A stretch of 64,000 bases of DNA from Balanoglossus misakiensis (Eukaryota; Animalia; Hemichordata). How positions within the stretch are numbered: the stretch's first letter is position 1; the number at the start of each line of letters is the position of its first letter. The stretch spans positions 11,932,775-11,996,774 of the forward strand of contig CM082584.2 in NCBI GenBank assembly GCA_040954595.2, read 5' to 3'. The translations under genes and the position numbers were made by a program. Below, in pieces: positions 1 to 11,000 of this stretch. The notes below the pieces were generated by a model. It made no database searches. It was not told the DNA's origin and saw nothing but the letters and a program-made list of their open reading frames with translations.

Positions 1-296
1 ATTCTACGCTGTAAATTTGCATAAATGCATAAATGCGTCATTACGCCGGATAAGAAGACACATAAAGTTTAGAGATGGGGTGTTGAAATTTCTCGCATCT
101 TGCGAAATGTCAAAGACAGGTCGGAATAATAAACCTGTTCCGACCAACGAGTCAGAGTACGTGTTTTAGGCTTTAAGAGCAACTTTGGTATTAACTAGCG
201 CAGATCAAAAGTAACCGAATCAGTTTCAACATCTTCTGTCACTTAAAAGTTTATTATGATTCGCGGTGACATAATGTCGTTCTTTTTGACTTGCAG

Positions 297-3200
297 TGAC
301 TGTCTCAACAGAACATCACCACAGACTCGTGACGGATTTATTCAAACCAGACAGGTACGACACCATCGTAAGGCCGGTGCTTGATAAGGACACTCCCACG
401 GACATTGAAATGAAGCTTTTTGTTTCACAAGTGTTGGACATGGTAAGGATTAAAACATGAGCAAGTGAATATTGCATAACTATAAGACCTCAAAGAAAAT
501 CAATTTTGGCACTTTGTTGTGCTGTGCTTCAAATAAAAGTGTCCTGTTTTCGTGTCACGAAATTACCATCTTTTAAATATGCATTCCATCTCTTAATTCA
601 CAGGATGAGAGAAAACAAACTTTGAAAACTAACGTCTGGTTGACACTGGTAAGTTAACATGTCTCTCTCTCTTTCTATCTATCAATTTATCTATCTCCCG
701 CCCTCTCTCATGTGAGTGCAAATACACTCATCAGACATCAGGTTCAATTATCATGTATATTTACGCGTAAGGAGGTATTTAAACTGCTGGCATTCATGGC
801 AATATGTCCTTCGCGCTCTTCAAATGCAACATTCTTCAATTCTCAAAAGTAATTACAAATAGATTGTTCGGTATTAACAATTACCACTGACATGTTAACC
901 AAGATAAATGCCACTATTAACTTACATTTTTGCACATTATCGAGGCAGATTGTAATTTTTTCTCACGTCTTAACAAAAGTGACGCGTGTTGTGGTCTGTC
1001 ACACATTTACCGCTTTGACCATGATGGCGGGTAACTCGGTAGCAATTATGAAAGTGTTTTCGAACAACTGAACATCCGCCCAATTTGTCATTGCGCGGCT
1101 AACAAACCACAATTGCTCCGTCGTCTGACGAGACTGTTGAGCAAAGGAACTATCAGTAACCATTACAAACGTTTACTCGTGTAATTGCCAATTAGGAATA
1201 ATTTATAGCGACATAGAAGAAGGAAAAAAAACGTTACAATCCACAGTCTCAGTCGCAGCCATTGTTAAACGGCTCACATACTATTTTTATGATTCACATT
1301 TTAAAGGAATGGTTTGATGAATTCATGGTGTGGTCCCCAGAAGACTACAACAATATAACCAACATAAAAGTGCCGTCAGAGAAACTATGGATGCCAGATT
1401 TAACACTTTATGACAAGTAAGTTCACGTGAAGGCGTTTATTTTTATTCACCCAAACTTTATCAATACAGTAATCGATCGTCTGCGATGGATTATGATATT
1501 TACATGATCCTCCGCATCTGCTACAATCATTATATACAGATGCTTCCGTTAATACTTTTTAAGCATCCATAAAATATGATTCTGGATTTTGTTCAGATCT
1601 TATGAAAATCTTGCTTTGTGTATGTACCCATGTGTCTCTTGTACAAGTGATTGAAGGCTTTCACAGAATGCGGACCATATGGGTATGCCGCATGCTGATC
1701 GATTATAACAAAATCCTGTCCAGATGCCAACAAAAGCTACGTTATATTAGAGACAGTATAATACCGTATCCATGTTAATTCATTTTACCGGTCACGTGAT
1801 AAAATAAGTAGATAGAACCGGAGACAACACTCCGTCCGGCTTTGATTTCTGAATGCTGTCTTAGAGAAGAACAGATCTATCAGTGACAGTGTAAATGTGA
1901 CTTTTACTATAAAGCTATTCACGGGATAAGAAAACGGATAACCGTATCTTGCGCCCCCTCGCAGGCTTGGACAACTAAACTTACATGTATAAACCATATA
2001 CACTTTTTGAATGCTAACTAAGGAGTGTTGTATGATGTGACGTTCTTGTAGATGTTATCTGGCGTAACTCTGTGTGCGTCGTTAGAGATTTTCTCTAAGA
2101 TTGACGTGATTTCCATGAAAATACAGACACTTGGGCCAGAGCTGCACGTGTGGTGTGTTCGATGTTTTTGTTTCGGTTTGTATTTTGTTTGTGGTTAGCG
2201 CTTTCATTTCTCGTGTTACTGGTCCCTTAGAAACATGCAATTTGATTTGGGAGAAACAGGAACACCATTTGAAATGAATGACGTTTTTGGAAGATCACGT
2301 GATTGAACGTTGAAGATGGCAATCGCGAGCAGTACTGACGTCACGATGTGCACTTTTATTCACGTCCCTGCAATAAGGAGTTTTAGTTGTTTTCGTCTGT
2401 CGTCGGCAAACGAACCCCGCTTCTATGTCTACAAGCAAACTGACGCACCAAACCTTGCATAGACGTCATTTGATGGCTACCTTCAAGCCTCGACTGATAC
2501 AAAAATGAATGCCTTAAAATTGCAATAACCTTGAAGCCTATATATGGTCCCTCCAGTGCAAATCAAAATTTTGATTGAAACAGAACTTGAAATAGTCGTA
2601 CACAGAAAACGTTCGTAATTTGCCTTTTTTATGTTTACTTGAGTTGTAAACTTCTGATAAGTTTATACTTTCATGTTATTTTTGCTTTGTGTTTTTATTT
2701 CACAGTGCAGCTGATAAGTATGAGAACGCTCTGAAAGGTCAAATATGCGTGCTCCATCATGATGGCATGATAAACTGGGCTGCCCCAGTCGTCTATCTTA
2801 GCTATTGCAAAATCAATGTCTTCTATTTCCCCTTTGACCTTCAACACTGCCCTCTAAAATTTGGTCCCTGGCAATACGACGGGACCGAAGTGCGACTTAA
2901 CGGAACAGGTAAATGAGCGTCACCGTGTGTGTTGTGGTTACTGTGCGTGTGGCAAGAAAAACACTGTTCCTCGTTGCGTTGCTGTCTCTCCGTAACTTGC
3001 ATTTTTGTATATGTCTTTGTTTTCCACAGCGCCGCTGATAAATATGAGGGGTTTCTTAAAGGCCGCGGGAGGATAGCCGTGGTGTCCCACACGGGTTTGG
3101 TACACTGGGCCGCCCCAGTTATTTTCTTAAGCTACTGTAAAATCGGCGTGCGACTCTTTCCCTTCGATCGACAGCAATGCCCCATGAAATTCGGTCCATG

Positions 3201-5432
3201 GCAATACAATGGGAACGAAGTTGCTTTAAACGGGACAGGTGAGTGGGAGGGCATACACGAAAAACCTTCGATTGTCAAACCCTTCCACGCATGCGTGAAA
3301 GTCATGCCTCATTCATTTCATCATGACCATCGACATGCATGATACACCCATGTCCGGGAAAGTGGCCGAACCCAGACCATTCCGCATGCGCGGAAGAAAG
3401 CCTCTTTCCAACAGAAGTTAAGCGGCGAAGAATTACTAATCGTTAGATTAGAAATGGAAGCAATATTCGAAATATTACTGTTAGCGGACAGATCTTTCTT
3501 TATTCTCATATTAGAGAAGCTTTCAGTCAAACTTTCGACGGATTCCAAGTCGTATACCGTGCACTGGTTTTGATGCGATTATTTCACTCTATCAGAATTT
3601 GCGTGCCATCAGATATGACGCAAGCATGTTGGCACAATGCCAAACGACTCCTTCCGACTGGGATCATCGCTGTGATTTACGATGATTTACGATAAAGACG
3701 AGATAATTTCGCGGCATCAAATTCTCATTTATTATTCATTTTCCCGAACTTATGAGGAGCGCAGTTTCGCTTTGGATTAGACAGCGAAACAGATTTGTGA
3801 CAGTCGATGCAGCTGGGGCCACGGGGGCGACTTTAATATCAGTATGTTTGTCCCGTTCGTCTGTTATGTTGTAAATTCGTTTAGTTATATTAACTGTTGC
3901 GTCATGTTGCAATTTTCGTGAAGCGGGTCTCAGTATTCTACTGTATTGTTATATCTAAGTTAAACATACTGCAGGTATATTTCATGTGTTAATAGATGTC
4001 TGCAGCGAGTGTGAGAAGTTTCCACAAAATGAAACGTCCATTATAATTCGGATAAGTCGCAATGTGTGCACGTGCAAGATGCGTACTTGACATGTGCGTG
4101 TGTGATGGATGCAAAAACCGATAACAACGATTCATCTTGCATGAATGTTTCCCTTGAATCATGGCATCAATATCATTCAGCTTCATCATTCTCTCATCTC
4201 TGTTTAACTTGCTTGTTTCATTCCCGTCAATGCTAACTAACCATCACGGGGGCAGGAATGTCTATCAACCATGCCTTCTGTACTCGACGTGAGCATCCAT
4301 GTCTTAAGCGGTGTCACGCCTCCCCGCTCCCGGCAGTGTCGTTACAACCGCCGCCGAGCCATTAACCCTCCGCCGAAATGTGACTTCCTCGATTCTTTGA
4401 ACACTCACAGGTGACCGATCCGTCTTCAAGAGTGACGGCGAGTGGGAAATGGAGGATCTTCTGTCCTCCAGCAACGTGGAATTCTACCCAGACGCACCTG
4501 GGATCCCATACACCGACGTGTCCTACACAATCCTGTTCAGACGGCGGTCTCAATACTACATTTTTAATCTCATCATGCCCTGTGTCCTCATTTCCATAAT
4601 CACGATGCTCAACTTCTTCCTTCCGGCGGACTCCGGGGAGAAGATAAGTCTTGGGATAACAGCGCTGCTTTCACTCACAGTGTTTTTGCTTCTAATCGCC
4701 GAAACTATGCCTCCATCGAGTGAAGTCCCTATCATAGGTAGGCCTAATGTTTGAGTTAGCTTATGCGCATGAGCAATGTTCTTCCATGGCAACATTTAGT
4801 TTTGATGTAACGTATCTGTCATTGCACGTTAATTTTAACTTGTCATGACATTTTGTTCCTTTTTAATAGGGCAGTACTATGCTGCCACGATGGTGCTCGT
4901 GTCTCTGTCCCTGGTAATGACTGTCCTTGTCCTCAACCTACACTACAGAGGCCCTTCAAGCAAACCACTTCCGCGTTGGGTCAAGAAGATTGTCTTGGGT
5001 CACATGCAGCGCTTCCTCCTCGTTCGCAAGCAACCGGTGTTCAACGAGAACTTCCGGAAGAGCCGTCGCCGGATGAGGAAGAGAGACTCGAACCTCACCG
5101 AGTTCATCCCGTACACAGAGGACGACCGCGAGTCCCCACTGAACGGCATCAAGTTCGGCGGCAAGTTCAAGCACCGCGAGGCGGGCGGCAATTCGAACCA
5201 CAGCGATAACATTGTGACTGTGGCCTCGACCGACCAGGTCATCCTCATGAGGCAGATTCTGAGGGAAATGAAAAGTATTACCGCCAGATTCGACGACCAG
5301 GACAAAAAGGACTCCCTGCACGGGGACTGGAAACAGGTGGCCTCCGTCATCGACAGGGTGTTCATGATAATCTACATCATGGGAACAGTGTGCACGGTCG
5401 CGTTCATCTCCATGAACATTCCCCTCGCATAG
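297..5432 (+). CDS. Cys-loop ligand-gated ion channel subunit 1, nicotinic acetylcholine receptor alpha9/alpha10-like but non-alpha (5' partial; signal-peptide exon lies upstream of the window)
   Basis: GT-AG exons in continuous frame: 297-442 (HHRLVTDLF..YDTIVRPV..VSQVLDM), 604-648 (45 nt, DERKQTLKTNVWLTL), 1307-1416 (110 nt, EWFDEFMVW..LWMPDLTLYD), alternative 2706-2908 or 3030-3238 (Cys-loop C-x13-C with FPFD), 4411-4737 (loop C, M1 YYIFNLIMPC, ADSGEKISLG, M2), 4870-5432 (M3, intracellular loop, DWKQVASVIDRVF M4, TAG). The GEK motif before M2 indicates a cation channel. Confidence 0.93.
2706..2908 (+). CDS. Alternative exon 5a of receptor gene 1 (loop E, Cys-loop, loop B)
   Basis: Acceptor tttcacag at 2698-2705 and donor G|gtaaat at 2909; 203 nt, phase 2 in and phase 1 out. 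Encodes AADKYENALKGQICVLHHDGMINWAAPVVYLSYCKINVFYFPFDLQHCPLKFGPWQYDGTEVRLNGT. Confidence 0.9.
3030..3238 (+). CDS. Alternative exon 5b of receptor gene 1 (tandem duplicate of 5a)
   Basis: Acceptor ttccacag at 3022-3029 and donor G|gtgagt at 3239; 209 nt, same phases as 5a. Encodes AADKYEGFLKGRGRIAVVSHTGLVHWAAPVIFLSYCKIGVRLFPFDRQQCPMKFGPWQYNGNEVALNGT. Confidence 0.9.
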
Positions 5433-6925
5433 TTTTATCACCCATCGTCACATCTTCGTCACGTGATCTGACGCCATCTGCATGCGGAATGACTTTTATC
5501 CAAGCGTGAAGGTACGAACGGGGACTCGGACCCACTTCATCCGACTCATGCGCGACAACCGACCGGCTTTCAGTCTCCAACTTGGGCGGTCCACATGCCA
5601 CGAGGTGCGTGATGTATTTTCTGCTCTCTAAAAGCTGTTTGGATTATTGGAATCCTCGGCGCCCACCTTATCTCACGTGGATCGTATACATAACAATAAA
5701 AATGGTGTCGGTGACTCTTACGACTTAGACTCTTGGGATTCGACCTGGATTCTGGTTTTGTACTCAATCCAACATTTCGGTTTGGACGAGACCAGGGGTT
5801 TCTTTGTATCTGGCATGGTGACTAGAAAAAGACCATAACGCCAAAACTGTGTGCCTGGACATGAGGAGTTATTCTCAGACTGTACAGTAATATATAATAA
5901 CAATTCGAGTATGTCAACTTGCCAGTGTTATTGTTGTTTGATTTAATTTGAAGCTTGCATCCTCGGAAACGAAAATACGACCGACACAATCACTTAGGCC
6001 CCTAGGCCTAAGATCGAATATGATTCAAGAGCAGCTTTTAAATTTTGTTAGGAACAAACGATCTTAGCTTATTTATACTTAGCATACGGTCATTCGTATC
6101 CATAAAAGGTTATTTTAAATAGCGTGAGGATTGTGTTTATTGCGAAAAAGAATGTACATAGACTTTATTCGAATATTCGTGCTTCGGGAGCAAGCAGCCA
6201 TCTTGTGACGTCGCTATGGTCACATATGTGCGCATGCGTTGTCAGAATATGGTTCCCTCCAAGTTGCAGGCTTCCACCCAACAACAGCACTTTTGACTTG
6301 TAGGTTTAGACTCGTCATCGGGCTATCGTCGTATGCCTACGAACGAGACCACGAATGACTGCGATGGAATCGCATGAAATCGAAAGATAGCACCCTTTGA
6401 CCTTTTTTTCGGAAAACCACTTCTCCGTCGACACTTTTCGTCGTCAAGCGGTTGATTTTCAGGTGGTAGGAAAATGTACCTGTAGAGCATATGAATACTT
6501 TTTTGTATGCAATATTGTATGAAAATGTATAGAATCGAAAATATGAAGATATATGGAATAGAGAAAAAAGCAAAGTGCGGATCCGATTTGTCCGCGGGAC
6601 AGCGCACATTCAAAAAGCAATACGAACAGATATGTACATGTAACTGGGGCTTTAGCAAAACAGGTAGTAATAGGGCCTACATGGGATTTCTGGAGACAAG
6701 CAAACAATATGGCTGCTTTCAAAAATAAATACGCATGCTGTAATTTTGATTAATACCACGTTTAGCTTTACTCACAAATATGTAAGTTGAAACATTTTGT
6801 ATATATTTAACAGAAATATTTATTTCTAATGGCTCACTAATAAGTGCTTTCAACAGGACCGAGTGTCGGTTTTCAGGAACATAGCCTAGTAAACAAGTGC
6901 GTGCGCGTTTCCTATTGTTCCCGTT

Positions 6926-7125
6926 TTAAGGTAGAACGCGCCAGGGTCAGATTTTCATAAAAATATATAATCATTCAAAGCTTCCAATTATTTGGTGTGG
7001 GGAGTCTTTTTGAAAACAGAGAAGAAAACTGGGTGTTCACCGTCTTGTTTTCATTAAATCCGCTACCTTAATTTTTTCTTCCATATATAGACATAACACC
7101 GAGATAAGCGGCCATTTTGAATGCC
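6926..7125 (+). mobile_element. Degenerate non-autonomous interspersed repeat (MITE-like), copy 1
   Basis: Starts ttaaggtagaacgcgcc. Shares ordered motifs (gtagaacgc, ttttgaaa, gtgttca, gacataaca, gcggccattttgaat) with the reverse complement of 18470-18650. Confidence 0.55.
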
Positions 7126-7941
7126 GAACACACACATATAAAAACACGTGACAATTCTTTTCGGTCGAATGTGACATCGGGTATATGAGGATATACACAT
7201 GGCCTTTAATCAAATTTAATTCAGATCGTCGAATTTACTTAGCCATGTGCGTGTGAAGCAAATAAAGACTTTTACCTGAGTTCATAATGTGTTGATTTTG
7301 AATGATTTGATGAGACGCCCCGCGTAGGGTGCAACAGGTTATCACGCTATACCATCCGTGCATTCGAAATTTGCATATTCGTCAGGGAATGTGACTGTTT
7401 ATTCAAATTAGCAGCGTTACATAACGTTTCATAATCGTCGGTCATTTGAAAGTGTGAGAGTTTTGAATACTAAGAACAGACGTTGTCACTGTGTAACCTC
7501 AGGATGTGTTTCTGGATCAATTGTGTATTACGCACGTAACTACAAAAGGAAACAACACGTGTTAGTCATTTCCTTGAATACGTTGGACGAACTCCGGAAG
7601 CGGAAGAAGATGTTACACCTGGGATTAAAACGGCGACATTACGAATTCTGGTGAGAGCGACACTTGGATTGTTGTGACCTCGAAAAATCAATCGCCGTTG
7701 TTGTTCGAATGCATGCATTCATATTCACCGTGTTTTTGGCTGCCCTACAGGGGTCAGTGCGCCTCATGCATTGCTCTTCTACAAGATCCTCATTTTGATG
7801 TTTACCCATATTCCATTACATACGCCAAACTCTCTCTTCTTCGTTTCGGACGAATGCTCTCCAAAATTACTCTTAAATCGACAGGTATTCTTGAAAGATT
7901 CTCCACGAAACCCAGGAAATGAGACTTTCCGGCGCCCCTAT

Positions 7942-8080
7942 ATGACGAGTAAGTGGAGCGCGGGGAATATGTATAATGTGGCAGGGTATCTATCGAGTCA
8001 TCTCTTAATAATTGTCGGTCTCCTGACGATTCTGATTTTTATCATTCAATGGCAACTCTCACTGCCGTCAAATACCGGAT
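7942..8080 (+). CDS. Probable first (signal-peptide) exon of receptor gene 2
   Basis: MTSKWSAGNMYNVAGYLSSHLLIIVGLLTILIFIIQWQLSLPSNTG has a hydrophobic core. It ends in a phase-1 donor (T|gtaaat at 8081) that matches the phase-1 acceptor at 16645. I found no better candidate between the two genes. Confidence 0.5.
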
Positions 8081-11000
8081 GTAAATATTTGCTCTTTCCG
8101 ATATCTTTTTTTCTTATGGGACAGACTGGGCAATGAAACATTTCGCGGGGATATAACCGGTGACATAAACTGAAGATTCTTATCTCAGACTGCCAATTTC
8201 GATGCCCCATGTAAAAAGAAAATGTCTTTATTCGATTCCCGACTGCAATGGCATTTTGAATGCAAACAATAATTGATCAATTCCATGAATGTTTGTTGGT
8301 AACTCCGCGATAAAGCTCAAGGATCGTGAATAATGTAATAACGGAATCATTCCAGCCAACCTTTAATTGTCGTTTCTCCGCAGAATGGGTTTACCCCATT
8401 CATCCATTCATGAAGGGGTGCCATGTTACTTGTACCCCAACGATATGTTTTTCAAAGCAAAATCGTTTTCAAAGACTGAATTTTTCTTACGGTGTGAAAT
8501 TTAGCTCAAATCGTCATATGATATACAGCGCCACCTTAAGTCAAAAATTATATTATTTCATTGCCCCATGGGTAAGTGGAATTTGAATTCAGATTTTTCG
8601 CCAGAAATGCTTACTTCATAAACAAGCATACTAGGTAACGAGACGACATTTACCGTCAATAAAAGTTACCAGCGCGTGCAATAGTCATCCATGATGTCGC
8701 CATCATGAAAAAATAACGTCAACATCATAAAGGCAGACAAATAATCCTTAGTTTATGACGTATACGGTCGCTAATAACTAATAAAACAACTCGTTGTTAT
8801 ACCCCAAAAAATTATGGAAGAGATGAAAACGAGAAAACCCATAGATATATCTCACTGGTTTTATGGTTATGAGATTCTGAAGTGCTTAAAAGGTTCATCT
8901 GTATGCGTCAAATGGTGTTACCGGATGGACATGGTCCATCAGCGCAAATACTGTGCAGGTGAAAGTTATATAATGAAAGAAACAATAACGCTGGAATGGA
9001 GATCAAAGAATCTTTCTCTTCCCTATTCTAAAAGTGACCCACAAATCAAAAGCATAGAATGTCAAATTTATGACTTTCGTTTATCAATAATGATAGTTTT
9101 AATATCACTATTAGCAAGGTGTCGCATATGATGTCACGCCGCGACTTAATTTACAGTGTTTGGTCAGCAACAAAGCTGTTCAATAAAATCATGAACGATT
9201 TCGGATTAGTTGAATTGTATGAAAGCGATAGTGTTAGTTTAAATGATACACGCATAGCGGACGGTGAGTTTGTCACGTTCTTGTCTGATTCGCAAAATTA
9301 TGAAAGTATTATCTGTTAAAAAATAAATGAAATGTTTTCATAAGGATCTCCAAGTTACAATTGGTACTTTATCTCCTAATGCAACAGATGGCATATCTGT
9401 GCCAAATCGTTTGCTGATAATGCAAGCGCAAATGACTTGCGTACATATTGGCAGTAATCTGATTCTAGAAAATCCGTGCCCAAATTGAGAACTGTTCTTC
9501 AGCAGGGAGGCGTGTGAATAGGACAAAACATCTGTAAAATATTCTGACCACCAGGTGTTCAGGATGTATGTGTGCCCAGTTCACAGGTGATTATTAGATA
9601 ATATGTAAATCAAAACAGATTGAAATTCCTGGCTGCCAGTAATGGTGCAGCTTAGGCCTGGTTGTCGTATATATCATGCCTTGGACACAGAGAAAATTTG
9701 AAACATATCCCGTTTGCTTTCCTTTTAGACTTTAATGGAATTTGGTTGTGATTTATTAGAGTGTTGGTCGATATTTATGGAATACGAAAACAAGAAATGA
9801 TAAAAAGCTCTTCAATCGCGATGTATATACACGTTGACAAGTGCTGGTGATTGAATGTCTAACGCATCTGCCAAACAGAAAGATGACAACACTCCAAGTA
9901 ATTGCAGTGACGTCCGAATCACGTGTTATCGTGGGAGAAACGCGCACAATTCCTCTCAATCAATTCACATCAGCCTTAATATTGTGCTTATTTAACCAAT
10001 GAAAACGGCTATTTACCCTGCCTTTGTCTCTTTTAATGACATGTTTCCGCGCGTAAATTTGTGATATCGATTAATCTTAGGTATTTCAAAATCCGCACGG
10101 GCCAAAGGTGTTCCGTGTAACATGTGTTAAAGGGAGGCATTTCAATTATTTTCCCTTTTAAAGCAAAATCGTTTTTTTTTTCTTGCCCAATTATGTCTGT
10201 CCAACTGATGTGAGGTATCGAAACGAACAGATTGGATAATTGAATCCAGTCGTGATGCTGTAGATGCACTAAAATGGAGAGGGCAGACTCAATGCGTTGA
10301 CATCAGTTTTTCATCAATTCCGCTTTTATTACTCACAAGCAGCACACCCAGCTGTGAACAATTTTCCACCCACCTAGGGGGTCCGACCAGCATCGCCCGC
10401 AACTGTCGCGAATTTCATCTGGACCGTCTACCTGAACAACGCAGCGTTTATTACGCCATCTACAAAGGAGACGTTTACACTGTGTCCGGTTTTTTCCCCT
10501 CGCAACTGTCAATTTTACTGTCGTCTGCGCGACAAACATGCGGAATGTTTCCAGTAGGACTGTGATCGGTGCCCAGATCTAATAAAAAGACGAACAGGAG
10601 AAAACTGATAGGCTTGTCAAGTGAGTGAGCGCGAGCAGAAAGTGATTGACGCGGGAAACAAGAATTGGCGCAGAAGTTCTGAGGAATGTGGCCAGTGAAC
10701 ACATATCCGTTGCTGTTCTTGCTCATAATTTTTCTCGGCGCTTTTTTCAAAGGTGGGTACAGTACCTCTTTTAACATCATCTATCGTCTGAACTACACAG
10801 CAAATTAAACAGTGTAGCATTTACTAACGTTACCGTTTCCCGGCCGTTTGTCTTGTCTGAATCCTGCCAGACCCACTCAGTTCCTAGAACTACCCGAGTA
10901 CAGTGACCGCATCAAGAAGGTGGCATAAGTTTGGGCCTAATTGCTTGTAGGCTTGCGGTTTCCAAAGAATGTGATGTAAAGGTCGATGGAAGCTTGTTTC

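Noticed and set aside
4853-5441. Overlapping alternative-frame and antisense ORFs on the receptor's last exon
   Set aside because: These are by-products of GC-rich codon usage in the real exon.
6590-6608. ggacagcgc as a REST/RE1 silencer upstream of a neuronal gene
   Set aside because: Only the right half-site matches; the TTCAGCACC half is absent.
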